Part shown: one piece after another, positions 46,650 through 56,137 of the stretch
How positions within the stretch are numbered: position 1 is the stretch's first letter
Layout of the letters: every line of letters starts with the position of its first letter
Assembly: GCA_021794645.1 (NCBI GenBank)
Contig: JAJYQK010000101.1
Location: 337-57,086 of the forward strand
Reading direction: 5' to 3'
DNA length: 56,750 bases
Origin: Actinomycetes bacterium
GTDB taxonomy: Bacteria > Actinomycetota > Acidimicrobiia > Acidimicrobiales > Bog-793
The notes under the pieces: generated by a model
The model's input: the letters and a program-made list of their open reading frames with translations, nothing else
The model's database searches: none
What the model was told of the DNA's origin: nothing
Made by a program: the position numbers and the translations under genes

Positions 46650-48227
46650 GTGTCGCTCCGCCTCCGACTCCTCATAGCAGTCGGGGTCGTCGTGGCGCTG
46701 GCACTGGTAGCCGTGGACATCGCCACCTACTCGGCCTACCGCTCCTACCTGGCGGGCCGGACGGACTCGAGCCTCGAGGCAGCAGCCGGACCCCTGGCGA
46801 GCTGCCTGGAAGAGGGCGGCCACCTGAAGCTGAGCCTCGTGGAGGAGTCGGCCCCGGGCGTGCTGGCCGAGCTGTGGTCGCCCGGCGGAAAGCAGCGCGC
46901 CTTCGTGGCCGCCGCCTCCGCCGGGCGGGGCGGTACCAGCCATCTCGCCCGTCCCCGCCTGCCCGGCTTCCCGGCTCAGGTTTTCACCGCCCCCCGCCAG
47001 AAGCAGGCGAGCGGGCCGATGAGCGACAACTGCCTCGACACCCTCTCGCCCGGTGAGCGGCTTAACCACCTGCCCGGCAGCCTCTCGTCCGGCAAGGACC
47101 TCGGGAGGGCTCTCACCCCCTCGTTCTCGGTGAGGGGCGTCTTCGCCACCTCTCCGGAGGTGAGCGAGAGCCAGCCCGCCTACCGCCTGCTCGGGGTCCA
47201 CCTGTCGACTGGCGAGGGCCTCGTCGTCGGCCTCCCCCTCACAGCGAACGCCGAGTCGCTCGGCCAGCTCCTCCTCATCGAGCTCGCCGTCTCGGCAGCC
47301 GCCCTCATCGGCGCCATCCTCATAGGGCTCTGGCTCGTGCGGATCGGGGTGAAGCCCCTCGTCGAGATCGAAGAGACGGCGGCCGCCATCATGGAGGGCG
47401 ACCTCGAGGCTCGCGTCCCGGACCGGTTCTCCCCCCGCACAGAGCTCGGCCAGCTGACCTTCGTCCTCAACTCGATGATCGAGCGCCTCTCCCAGGACAT
47501 CGAGGAGCGGATGGCGAACGAAAGCGCCCTCATGGCCTCCGAGCAGCGGATGCGGCGCTTTCTTGCCGACGCCTCCCACGAGCTGCGCACACCGGTGGCG
47601 GCCGTCTCGGCCTACGCCGAGCTCTTCGGTGCCGGAGCTGACCGGCGCCCAGAGGACCTCGTCAGGGTGCTGCGGGGGATAGCGAACGAGACCGACCGGA
47701 TGCGCCGCCTCGTCGAGGACCTCATGCTGCTCGCCAATCTCGACGAGGGCCGGCCGCTCGAGCGGCGGCCGGTGGAGCTCGTCGCGCTGGCGGCCGATGC
47801 GGTCCACGCGGCAGAGACCATCGGCGACTGGCCCGTCTCGCTCGTGGCCTCCGAGCCGGTCGAGGTGACCGGCGATGAGGCCCGCCTCCGCCAGGTCGTC
47901 GACAACCTCCTCTCGAACGTGCGGAGCCACACCCCGCCCGGGACGCCGGCCGAGGTGACCGTCTCCCGGCGGGGGGAGGAAGCCGTCATCGAGGTCGCCG
48001 ACCGCGGTCCGGGGTTGAGCGCCGCCGCCCGGGAGCTGGTCTTCGAGCGCTTCTTCAGAGACGACACCTCGAGAGCCAGGTCCTCGGGCGGCGCCGGGCT
48101 CGGCCTCGCCATCGTGCGGGCGATCGTCGAGGCGCACGGCGGGAGGGTGGAGGCGGGCGAGACGCCGGGCGGAGGTGCTCGCTTCACCATCGTCCTGCCG
48201 GCGAATCGAGACGGGGTGGCCGGGTAA
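46650..48227 (+). CDS. Sensor histidine kinase (two TM helices, HAMP, HisKA, HATPase_c)
   Basis: H-box FLADASHELRTPVAAV, N box VVDNLLSNV, G boxes VADRGPGL and GGAGLGLAIV. N-terminal TM helix, then a ~180-aa extracytoplasmic loop. Confidence 0.85.
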   Translation: MSLRLRLLIAVGVVVALALVAVDIATYSAYRSYLAGRTDSSLEAAAGPLASCLEEGGHLKLSLVEESAPGVLAELWSPGGKQRAFVAAASAGRGGTSHLARPRLPGFPAQVFTAPRQKQASGPMSDNCLDTLSPGERLNHLPGSLSSGKDLGRALTPSFSVRGVFATSPEVSESQPAYRLLGVHLSTGEGLVVGLPLTANAESLGQLLLIELAVSAAALIGAILIGLWLVRIGVKPLVEIEETAAAIMEGDLEARVPDRFSPRTELGQLTFVLNSMIERLSQDIEERMANESALMASEQRMRRFLADASHELRTPVAAVSAYAELFGAGADRRPEDLVRVLRGIANETDRMRRLVEDLMLLANLDEGRPLERRPVELVALAADAVHAAETIGDWPVSLVASEPVEVTGDEARLRQVVDNLLSNVRSHTPPGTPAEVTVSRRGEEAVIEVADRGPGLSAAARELVFERFFRDDTSRARSSGGAGLGLAIVRAIVEAHGGRVEAGETPGGGARFTIVLPANRDGVAG

Positions 48228-48314
48228 GTATCAGCGGCGACCACGGGCGTTCCCAGCCAGCTCCAAGCTCGGCCCGGCAAGCTCTCCCAGCCATGGCACA
48301 ACGTGAGGTGAGAA

Positions 48315-49709
48315 GTGGCCTCGGTCACCTTCGAGAGAGCTAACGACACCTCCCGCCGCCGCGGCCAGCCGCGGCAGGCGACCGCCAAGCGGCTCTCCCG
48401 GCCGCCTCGGCCAGGCGTGGTGGACCTGGCCGTCGTCCTTTTCGGCCTCGGGCTCGGGGCCTCGGTGGCGCTCGCCCTCACGGCCGAGACGGCGGCGGGG
48501 ATGAAGGCCCCCGGCGGCGTCGCCATGTTCATCGGCAACCTCACCGGCCTGGCCGGCACCTACCTCGCCCTCGTGATGATCCTCCTCGTGAGCCGGATAC
48601 CGGTCGTCGAGCGGACCCTCGGTCAAGACGGCCTGCTCGCCTGGCACCGCCGGCTCGCCCCCTGGCCGATCTCGCTCATCGTCGCCCACGCCGTCTTCCT
48701 CACGATCGGCTACGCCCAGGCGGCCCACACCGGCGTGATGCACGAGCTGAGCACCTTCATCTCGAGCTTCCCGGGCATGGCCATCGCCATCGCCGGCTTC
48801 GGCATCCTCGTCGTGGTGGCGGTCCTGTCCATCTACTCGGTGAGGCGCCGCCTCAGGCGGGAGACGTGGTGGGCGATCCACCTCGGCATGTACCTCGCCT
48901 TCGCGCTCGCCTTCGCCCACGAGGTCGTTCTCGGGCCCTCTTTCGTGAACCATCCGCTCACCCAGGCCGTCTGGTCGGCCGCCTGGGCTGCCACGGCCGG
49001 GGTGGTGCTCGTCTACCGCTTCGGGCTGCCGATCTACCGCAGCCTCCACCACCGCCTCCGCGTGGTCGAGCTGCGCCCCGAAGGTGAGGGCGTCACCTCT
49101 GTCATCCTCGAGGGGCGCCACCTCGACCGCCTCCCCATCTCGGGCGGGCAGTTCTTCGAGTGGCGCTTTTTGAAGCGCGGGCTCTGGTGGCAGGCCCACC
49201 CCTACACCGTGTCGGCCCGCCCCCGCCCCCCCTATCTCCGCCTCACCGTGAAGGCCGTCGGCGACCACTCCGCCGCCCTGGCCCGCCTCGAGCCGGGCAC
49301 GCGGGTGGCCGTGGAGGGCCCCTACGGCGCCTTCACGGCCCATGCCCGCCGCCACCAGCGGGCGGCTCTCCTGGCCGGGGGCATCGGCATCACCGCCGCC
49401 CGCTCCCTCCTCGAGGACCTCCCCAAGCGCAGCCAGCCCGTGGTGGTCTGGCGGGTGGCGAGCGAGGCCGAGGCAGCCCTCGCCGAGGAGGTCCGCCAGC
49501 TCGTCTCCCACCTCGGCGGCAAGCTCCACCTGCTGGCGGGCAGCCGGGAGGAGTTCCCGCTCGAGAAGGTCGTCGGCCTCGTGCCCGATCTTGCCACCCG
49601 CGACCTCTACGTCTCTGGCCCGGAGGGCTTCGTCAGCGGGGTCGTCGGCCTGCTCCGCCACTCCGGGGTGGCCGAGGAGGCCATCCACAGCGAGGTCTAC
49701 GCCCTGTGA
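48315..49709 (+). CDS. Ferric reductase-like (NOX/FRE-type) transmembrane protein with FAD- and NAD(P)-binding domains
   Basis: N-terminal six-TM region with conserved His pairs (WHRRLA...AHAVFL; IHLGMY...FAHEVV), FAD motif HPYTVSA, NAD motif LLAGGIGITAARS. Confidence 0.8.
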   Translation: MASVTFERANDTSRRRGQPRQATAKRLSRPPRPGVVDLAVVLFGLGLGASVALALTAETAAGMKAPGGVAMFIGNLTGLAGTYLALVMILLVSRIPVVERTLGQDGLLAWHRRLAPWPISLIVAHAVFLTIGYAQAAHTGVMHELSTFISSFPGMAIAIAGFGILVVVAVLSIYSVRRRLRRETWWAIHLGMYLAFALAFAHEVVLGPSFVNHPLTQAVWSAAWAATAGVVLVYRFGLPIYRSLHHRLRVVELRPEGEGVTSVILEGRHLDRLPISGGQFFEWRFLKRGLWWQAHPYTVSARPRPPYLRLTVKAVGDHSAALARLEPGTRVAVEGPYGAFTAHARRHQRAALLAGGIGITAARSLLEDLPKRSQPVVVWRVASEAEAALAEEVRQLVSHLGGKLHLLAGSREEFPLEKVVGLVPDLATRDLYVSGPEGFVSGVVGLLRHSGVAEEAIHSEVYAL

Positions 49710-50182
49710 CCCGGCTGAAGGGCGCTTTTGCCACCCTCGCCGCCGTCGTGGGCTTCGCGGCCGTGCTCGTCGCCCACACCCTCATCGGCTCGTCCGTCCC
49801 GGCCTCGCTCCGCAGCGCCGCCGGCAACAGGCCGGGGGGCTCCCCCTCCAACTCATCGAAGACCCCGACCACCACGGTGCCCGGGCCGGCCGGCGTGACC
49901 GGCAACCACATCGTCACAGGCAAGGTGACCGGCTACGGCTATGGCGAGGTCGCCGTGCGGCTGCAGGTGGACAACGGCCGCATCGTCTCTGTGAAGGTGG
50001 CGAAGCTGCTGACGGCCGACAGCTACTCCCAGCAGATCGCCCAGCAGGTCATCCCGATGCTCGCCCGGGAGGTGATGGCCGCCCAGAGCGCCCGCATCTC
50101 GGCCATCTCGGGGGCCACCTACACGAGCGAGGGCTATGCCTACTCGGTCCAGTCGGCTCTCGACGCCCTGAAGAAGGGATGA
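49706..50182 (+). CDS. Membrane-anchored FMN-binding domain protein
   Basis: GTG overlapping the upstream stop. N-terminal TM anchor LKGAFATLAAVVGFAAVLVAHTLIG. The FMN_bind domain carries the flavinylation motif ISGATYTS. Confidence 0.8.
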   Translation: MTRLKGAFATLAAVVGFAAVLVAHTLIGSSVPASLRSAAGNRPGGSPSNSSKTPTTTVPGPAGVTGNHIVTGKVTGYGYGEVAVRLQVDNGRIVSVKVAKLLTADSYSQQIAQQVIPMLAREVMAAQSARISAISGATYTSEGYAYSVQSALDALKKG

Positions 50183-50994
50183 GCGAAGAGGGCTACTTCC
50201 GCCACGCCGAAGCCGTCATGGGGACAGTGGTCTCCTTCCTCCTCGCAGAGGACGGCCTCGCCTTCACCGAGGTGCTCGCCGCCACGGAGAAAGCCGCCGC
50301 CGAGCTCCACCGGCTCGATCAGATCTTCAGCCTCTGGCGGGAGGACAGCCCGATGTGGCGGCTGCGGGCGGGCAGCCTCGCCGCCGAAGAGCTCCCGCCC
50401 GAGATCCCCGCCGTCCTCGCCCTCTGCGCCGAGGTGAGAGAAGAGACGGGGGGCAACTTCGACCCCTGGGCGCTGCCGGGCGGCCTCGACCCGACGGGCC
50501 TGGTGAAGGGGTGGGCGATCGAGCGGGTTGGCGCTCTGCTGCAAGGGGCCGGTATACCGGCTGGGATCGTGAACGGTGGAGGCGACATGACCGCGTTCGG
50601 CCGGCCCCCGGCCGGGCCGGCCTGGCAGGTGGGCATTCAGCATCCCTGGCGGCGTGAGCGGCTCGCCTGCGTGGTCGGGCTGGCCCCGGGCCAGAGCCTC
50701 GCCACCTCGGGCCGCTACGAGCGGGGCGAGCACCTGTTCACCCCGCTCCCGGCCGCCGGGTCGGTACGGACCGCCTCGGTGAGCGTGGTCGGCCCCTCGC
50801 TCGCCCGGTCCGACGCCTATGCCACCGCCCTCTCGGTGGCGGCGGCGCCGGCCTCGCTCGCAAAGATGCTGCCCGCCGGGTATGAGAGTTACATAGTCTT
50901 CGAAGATGGCGCCGAAGAGGCGACCACCGGCTTTCCCTTCGCCGATCCTCCCCCCGACGGCGACGACAACCGAGGAACCCCACTACACCCATGA
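50179..50994 (+). CDS. apbE: FAD:protein FMN transferase (ApbE family)
   Basis: ATGA overlap with the upstream gene. AEAVMGTVVSF, FDPWALP...GLVKGWAIE, GGGDM, ATSGRYERGEH. No signal peptide or lipobox is evident. Confidence 0.85.
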   Translation: MSEEGYFRHAEAVMGTVVSFLLAEDGLAFTEVLAATEKAAAELHRLDQIFSLWREDSPMWRLRAGSLAAEELPPEIPAVLALCAEVREETGGNFDPWALPGGLDPTGLVKGWAIERVGALLQGAGIPAGIVNGGGDMTAFGRPPAGPAWQVGIQHPWRRERLACVVGLAPGQSLATSGRYERGEHLFTPLPAAGSVRTASVSVVGPSLARSDAYATALSVAAAPASLAKMLPAGYESYIVFEDGAEEATTGFPFADPPPDGDDNRGTPLHP

Positions 50995-53078
50995 ACCACA
51001 GAGCCGCCCCCCACTCCCGCGCCCGGCGAGAGGCCGAGCTCCGCCGGGCTGCCGCCCGCCGCCGCGGCCGCCTCCGTCTCGTCGGAGTCCTCGCCGCCCT
51101 GGCGATCGTGATCGGCCTCGCCGTCTCCTTCGGCGGCGGCGGCAAGGCCACCGGCGACCCGGGCAACGGGGCGACGAGGACAGCAGACGTCAGCTCCCGC
51201 AGCGGGCCGCCCGCCATCGAGGCCGGGCTCATGCCCTGGAAGCTGAACGGCCCCCTCAGCCGGGAGGTCGTGCTGCCCGCCTCGAACGGCAAGTCGCTCA
51301 TCGTCGTGGGCGGCCTCACCACCTCCGGCTCGGAGTCGGGCATCTACCGGGTCAACCCGCTCACGGGGGCCGCCGCCCAGATCGGGCAGCTGACCGCCCC
51401 CAGCCACGACTCGGCCGGCGTCGTCCTGAACGGCAAGGGGTACGTCTTCGGCGGCGGCTCAACCGCCCCGGTCAACTCGGCCGAGCGGCTCGCCAGCCTC
51501 GGCTCGGGCTCGGGCACAGCTACCCCCCTCGCTTCCCTCCCCCAGGCCCGCTCGGACGATTCGGCGGCCGTCATCGGCCAGACGGCCTACATCGTCGGCG
51601 GCTACTCGGGGCCGAGCGCCGACAGCGCCGTGCTCGCCACCCGCAACGGGCAGAGCTACAAGACCGTCGCCCACCTGGCGGTGCCGGTCCGCTACGCCGC
51701 TGTGGCTGCCCTCGGCCGCAAGCTCTTCGTCTTCGGCGGCGACGCCACCTCGGGCCCCCGCTCGGGCGCCCCCATCACGGCCATCCAGGAGGTCGACCCG
51801 ACCACCGGCAGCGTCCGGGTGGTCGGAAAGCTGCCGCTGCCACTCGCCGGCTCGGCCGCCGTCGACCTCGGCGGCACCATCTACCTGGCGGGTGGCGAGA
51901 CGGTCCCTACGACCGCCAGCGCCGCTGCCACCCCCTCTGAGGTCTCGACCATCTGGGCCTTCGCCCCCGCCAGTGGGAAGCTCCTCGTCGCCGGCCACCT
52001 CTACGTGGCGCTCTCGCACGCCGGTGTCGCCGTCATCGGCAAGCGGGCCTGGCTCGTCGGCGGCGAGACGCGGGGCGGGGCCATCTCGAGCGACGTCCAG
52101 ATGTTCGAGCCGAACCGTCGGTTCGGGACCGCCGGGGCCAAGGGGGCGGGCTCGCCCTACTTCGGCGACACCCTCCTCATCGCCGACCGGGGCAGCAACC
52201 GGCTGCTGGCCGTCACCGACACCGGCAAGGTCATCTGGACCTACCCGTCGGCCGGCAAACCGGCGCCGCCGGGGGGCTTCTACTTCCCAGACGACGCCTT
52301 TTTCATCGACCACGGCCACGCCATCATCTCCAACCAGGAGGAGAACGAGACCCTCGTCGAGATCGGCTACCCGTCGGGCAAGGTCCTCTGGCAGTACGGC
52401 CACCCCCACCAGCCGGGCTCGTTGCCGGGCTACCTGCACAACCCCGATGACGCCTACCTGCTGAAGAACGGCCTCGTGACGGTGGCCGACCCGGTGAACT
52501 GCCGAGTGCTGGTCATCGACCCGAAGACGAAGAAGATCCTGACCCAGATCGGCACCCCGGGCGTGTGCGTCCACAACCCGCCCCACTACCTGGGCTCGCC
52601 GAACGGGGACACCCCCCTTGCCAACGGCAACCTCCTCGTCTCTGAGATCAACGGCTCGTGGATCGACGAGTACACGCTCTCGGGCAAGCTCGTGTGGACC
52701 ACCCACTTGCCGATCTCCTACCCCTCCGACCCCCAGCCGCTCAAGGACGGCAACTTCCTCGTCGCCAACTACGCCAACCCGGGCGCGTTCATCATCTTCA
52801 ACCGCTCCGGGAAGATCCTCTGGTCCTACGGGCCGACGAGCGGGCCGGGCAAGCTCAACCAGCCCTCCCTCGTCGAGCAGCTGCCCTCCGGCGTGCTGAT
52901 GGCGAACGACGACTACAACGACCGCATCGTCGCCGTCGACCCGGCCACCAAGGCGGTCGTCTGGCAGTACGGCCACACCGGTGTGAAGGGGACGGCTCCG
53001 GGCTACCTCAACACCCCGGACGGCTTTGACATCCTCGGGCCGAACGGCACCTTCCCGACCCACCCGGCGACGGGCTGA
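50991..53078 (+). CDS. Membrane-anchored protein with Kelch-like and second beta-propeller (ASST/PQQ-like) domains
   Basis: ATGA overlap with apbE. Arg-rich N-terminus plus TM helix LVGVLAALAIVIGLAV. Repeated ...GGxxxxG...V/IY motifs (Kelch-like). The C-terminal half has repeated G(K)(V/I)LWxYG blades (VIWTYPS, VLWQYGH, LVWTTHL, ILWSYGP, VVWQYGH). Confidence 0.7.
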   Translation: MNHRAAPHSRARREAELRRAAARRRGRLRLVGVLAALAIVIGLAVSFGGGGKATGDPGNGATRTADVSSRSGPPAIEAGLMPWKLNGPLSREVVLPASNGKSLIVVGGLTTSGSESGIYRVNPLTGAAAQIGQLTAPSHDSAGVVLNGKGYVFGGGSTAPVNSAERLASLGSGSGTATPLASLPQARSDDSAAVIGQTAYIVGGYSGPSADSAVLATRNGQSYKTVAHLAVPVRYAAVAALGRKLFVFGGDATSGPRSGAPITAIQEVDPTTGSVRVVGKLPLPLAGSAAVDLGGTIYLAGGETVPTTASAAATPSEVSTIWAFAPASGKLLVAGHLYVALSHAGVAVIGKRAWLVGGETRGGAISSDVQMFEPNRRFGTAGAKGAGSPYFGDTLLIADRGSNRLLAVTDTGKVIWTYPSAGKPAPPGGFYFPDDAFFIDHGHAIISNQEENETLVEIGYPSGKVLWQYGHPHQPGSLPGYLHNPDDAYLLKNGLVTVADPVNCRVLVIDPKTKKILTQIGTPGVCVHNPPHYLGSPNGDTPLANGNLLVSEINGSWIDEYTLSGKLVWTTHLPISYPSDPQPLKDGNFLVANYANPGAFIIFNRSGKILWSYGPTSGPGKLNQPSLVEQLPSGVLMANDDYNDRIVAVDPATKAVVWQYGHTGVKGTAPGYLNTPDGFDILGPNGTFPTHPATG

Positions 53079-53162
53079 AAGGTCCCTCACCAGGAACTGG
53101 GACCCACCTGAGACTTCCCCGGGCGACGGTGGCTCGCCCCGGTGAGTGGGTAGGTTCCCTAC

Positions 53163-53729
53163 GTGCAATACCGCGCCCGCAAAGAGACGCCCTTCGGTCC
53201 GGCGCCAGAGCCGGTCGGCCTTCTCCTCGACTACGCCAGGGTCGACTTCCCAGAGACGCTGCCGCGGCCCTCCTGGCCACGCTTCTTCATCGCCACGGCT
53301 CTGGCCATCGTCGGCTCACTGCTGGTCGACGGCCTCCTCGTCGCTCTCGGCACCAAGCTCTTCCCTTCGACCCAGGGGTATATCCACTTCCGCTTCAGCG
53401 ACTACTCCAGGCTGACGGTGATCGGCGTCATCTTCGCCTGTGTCGGCTGGCCGATCGTGACGGCCATCTCCTCGCACGCCCGCTGGCTCTTCTTGCGGCT
53501 GGCGGTCCTCGTCACCCTCGTGCTCTTCCTGCCCGACCTCTACCTCCTCGTGGTCGGCTCGACCATCGAGGCGGTCGCCGTGCTGATGACGATGCACCTC
53601 GCCATCGCCGTGGTCACCTACAACGCCCTCGTCCGCCTGGCGCCGGCCGACAGGCCCGGGCGGCCCGCCCCGGGCGGCCTGCGGGCCGGCGGACCGACCC
53701 GTCGGGTCGAGATCGACTTCGAGCCCTAG
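53163..53729 (+). CDS. Hypothetical 4-TM membrane protein
   Basis: 188-aa ORF with hydrophobic helices (FFIATALAIVGSLLVDGLLVAL, VIGVIFACVGWPIV, LAVLVTLVLFLPDLYLLVV, AVAVLMTMHLAIAVV). Confidence 0.6.
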   Translation: MQYRARKETPFGPAPEPVGLLLDYARVDFPETLPRPSWPRFFIATALAIVGSLLVDGLLVALGTKLFPSTQGYIHFRFSDYSRLTVIGVIFACVGWPIVTAISSHARWLFLRLAVLVTLVLFLPDLYLLVVGSTIEAVAVLMTMHLAIAVVTYNALVRLAPADRPGRPAPGGLRAGGPTRRVEIDFEP

Positions 53730-53730
53730 C

Positions 53731-53994
53731 TCAGGCGGCGGCGTCGCCGGCGGCCTCGAGGGCCGCCTCGATGATGCGCACGAGCTGGCGGGCCGACTCG
53801 GCCGTCAGCTCGACAGCGCAGCGGGCCGACGGCCCCGCCTCCTCGTTCACGAAGTCGATGTTGAGCGTGTGACCGTAGGGAGCGTGGTAGGGGTGGTCGA
53901 AGTAGCAGAGCGCTCGGTCCACCTTGAACCAGCCCCGCTGGCCCTTGGCGCTGCCGGTCATGTCGGCCTTGACGGTGACATAGGAGCACATCAC
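53731..53994 (-). CDS. Hypothetical 87-aa protein
   Basis: ATG overlaps the stop of the upstream dienelactone hydrolase gene (ATGA). The composition is coding-like. No motif recognised. Confidence 0.5.
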   Translation of the reverse strand: MMCSYVTVKADMTGSAKGQRGWFKVDRALCYFDHPYHAPYGHTLNIDFVNEEAGPSARCAVELTAESARQLVRIIEAALEAAGDAAA

Positions 53995-54746
53995 TTGCCC
54001 TCTTTCAGGTAGCGACCGAAGAAGTCCCAGATCCGCCCCCAGCCCTCGTTGGCCGCCTCCGGCCGGTACTGGGTCGACTCCCAGCCGAAAAAGCCGTGGC
54101 CGGCGTTGTCGTAGCGGTGGAACTCGTAGCTGGCGCCCACCTCTTTCAGCTTTGCCTCGAGCTCGTCCACCTGGGCGGGCGAGGGGAACATGTCCTCGTT
54201 CCCGAACAGCCCGAGAAGGGGGCAGGAGAGCTTCTCGGCGAGGTGGACGAGCGGCTTCACCTCGCTCAGGCCGGCTTGGGCCGGCGGCTCGCCCACGACG
54301 AAAGCGCCGTAGCAGTCGACGGCGGCGTCCACCTTGAGCGAGCAGGCCACGAGGAAGGCCTGCCGGCCGCCCGAGCAGTAGCCGATGACGCCGACCTTGC
54401 CATTGAAGCCGTCGAGGGTGGAGAGGTAGTCGATGGCGCCCTGGGCATCGCCGAGGAAGCGGGCGTCCGGGACGCCGCCGGCCGCCCTGGCGGCGGCAGC
54501 GGCGTCATCGGGGGCGATGTCGTAGCCGCCCTCGCGGAAGTGGAGGTTCGGGCAGATGCCGATGTAGCCGTGGGCGGCGAAGCGGTTGGTGATCTCGATC
54601 GTCGCCTCGTCCCAGCCCGGCATGTGGTGGATGACGAGGACCCCGGGGAAGGGGCCGTCGCCGCGGGGGCGGGCAACATAGGCGTTGATCTCGTCGCCGT
54701 TGGCGCCCTTCATCCGGATCTCTTCTGAGCTGAGCCCCGTGTACAT
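53991..54746 (-). CDS. Dienelactone hydrolase family protein
   Basis: GVLVIHHMPGWDE, nucleophile elbow GYCSGGRQAF, and C-terminal YDNAGHGFF (catalytic His). Confidence 0.85.
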   Translation of the reverse strand: MYTGLSSEEIRMKGANGDEINAYVARPRGDGPFPGVLVIHHMPGWDEATIEITNRFAAHGYIGICPNLHFREGGYDIAPDDAAAAARAAGGVPDARFLGDAQGAIDYLSTLDGFNGKVGVIGYCSGGRQAFLVACSLKVDAAVDCYGAFVVGEPPAQAGLSEVKPLVHLAEKLSCPLLGLFGNEDMFPSPAQVDELEAKLKEVGASYEFHRYDNAGHGFFGWESTQYRPEAANEGWGRIWDFFGRYLKEGK

Positions 54747-55132
54747 GCATCTCCTTCCGACGAAAAGCCCTCGCTACTTCTACCTGCCGGGGGGCCCGCC
54801 AAGCCAGCCGACCGAGGGGGCCGCGCTAGCGTGATCCGGTGGCTGGTGCGGCCGAACGAGGAGGACTCCTTCTCCTCGCCCGCAGCTCCCCTGCCGCCCG
54901 GACGGACCACCCCCCAAGGGACGGGAGCCTCGTCGAGGTAGAGAGAGCCGCTCGCCTTTCGGCCGGCCCGGCCGGCGCTGTCCGCCACCTTCGAGAAGAG
55001 GCTCCGAGCGGCTCGCACCGGCCGGATGGGTGTCAAGCAGGATCGGCGCGCTGCCCGAGGGCCTCGGGGCGGACTGGTTCGAAGCGCCCCCAGGGTGCCC
55101 GGCCCGGGGGCGGGGGCGAGGAGGAGGCCTGA

Positions 55133-56137
55133 GTGGGGAAGAACCGCAAGCTCGTGCTCGCAAAGCGACCTGTCGGGCCGGTCGGTCCGGAGACGGTCAG
55201 CCTCACTGAAGAGGAGCGGCCGACCCCGGGCGAGGGCGAGGCGCTCGCCCGGGTCCGCTACCTCTCCATCGACCCCACCATCCGCACCTGGATGAACGAC
55301 CTGCCCGGCTACCTGCCGCCCATCGGGATCGGGGAGGTGGTGCGCTCGGCCGGCATCGCCGAGATCGTCGAGTCGCGCAGCGACCGCTATCCCGTCGGCT
55401 CGCTCGGCTTCGGCCTGGTCGGCTGGCAGGAGTACCTCCTTTGCGGCGAGGGGGCAGCAGAGCTGCAGCTGCTCGCATCAGGCCTCGATCCCCTCCTCGC
55501 GGTCAACCTCTTCGGGGTGACCGGCATGACCGCCTACTTCGGCCTCCTCGAGGTGGGCGCCCTGGCGCCGGGCGACCTCGTCGTCGTCTCGGGGGCGGCC
55601 GGGGCGACCGGCTCGACGGTGGGCCAGCTGGCGAGGGCGAAGGGGGCAGGCAGGGTCATCGGCATCGCCGGCGGGCCCGAGAAGTGCGCCTTTGTCACCG
55701 GGGAGCTGGGACTCGACGCCTGCATCGACTACAAGTCCGAGCCGGTCGAAAAGCGCCTCGCCGAGGAGGCGCCGGGAGGGATCGACCTCTACTTCGACAA
55801 CGTCGGTGGCCCCCTCCTCGATGCCGCCCTCGCCCACCTCGCCCTGCGGGGTCGGGTGGTGCTCTGTGGCGCCATCGCCAGCTACAACGCCACCTCCCGC
55901 CCAGCAGGGCCGGCCAACTACTCGAACCTCATCTCGCGGCGGGGGCGGATGGAGGGCTTCATCGTCCTCGACTACGCCGCCCGCTACGAGGAGGCGGCCC
56001 TCGCCCTCGCCGGCCTCCTCGGAGAGGGGCGCCTCAAGCACTTCGAGCATGTCGTCCACGGCCTCGAGTCGGCTCCTTCCGCCCTCAATCTCCTCTTCGA
56101 GGGCGGCAACACCGGCAAGGTGGTCGTCGCTCTCTAG
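55133..56137 (+). CDS. NADP-dependent oxidoreductase, MDR superfamily (YncB / alkenal reductase-like)
   Basis: VVVSGAAGATGSTVGQLAR cofactor motif. The N-terminus LAKRPVGPVGPETVSLTEEERPTPGEGEALARVRYLSIDP is typical of the zinc-free MDR subgroup. Confidence 0.85.
   Translation: MGKNRKLVLAKRPVGPVGPETVSLTEEERPTPGEGEALARVRYLSIDPTIRTWMNDLPGYLPPIGIGEVVRSAGIAEIVESRSDRYPVGSLGFGLVGWQEYLLCGEGAAELQLLASGLDPLLAVNLFGVTGMTAYFGLLEVGALAPGDLVVVSGAAGATGSTVGQLARAKGAGRVIGIAGGPEKCAFVTGELGLDACIDYKSEPVEKRLAEEAPGGIDLYFDNVGGPLLDAALAHLALRGRVVLCGAIASYNATSRPAGPANYSNLISRRGRMEGFIVLDYAARYEEAALALAGLLGEGRLKHFEHVVHGLESAPSALNLLFEGGNTGKVVVAL

Noticed and set aside
46494-53168. Minus-strand ORFs of 547, 485 and 569 aa
   Set aside because: They lie antisense to the kinase, ferric-reductase and propeller genes. 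They show no motifs and a biased Arg/Gly/Asp composition.
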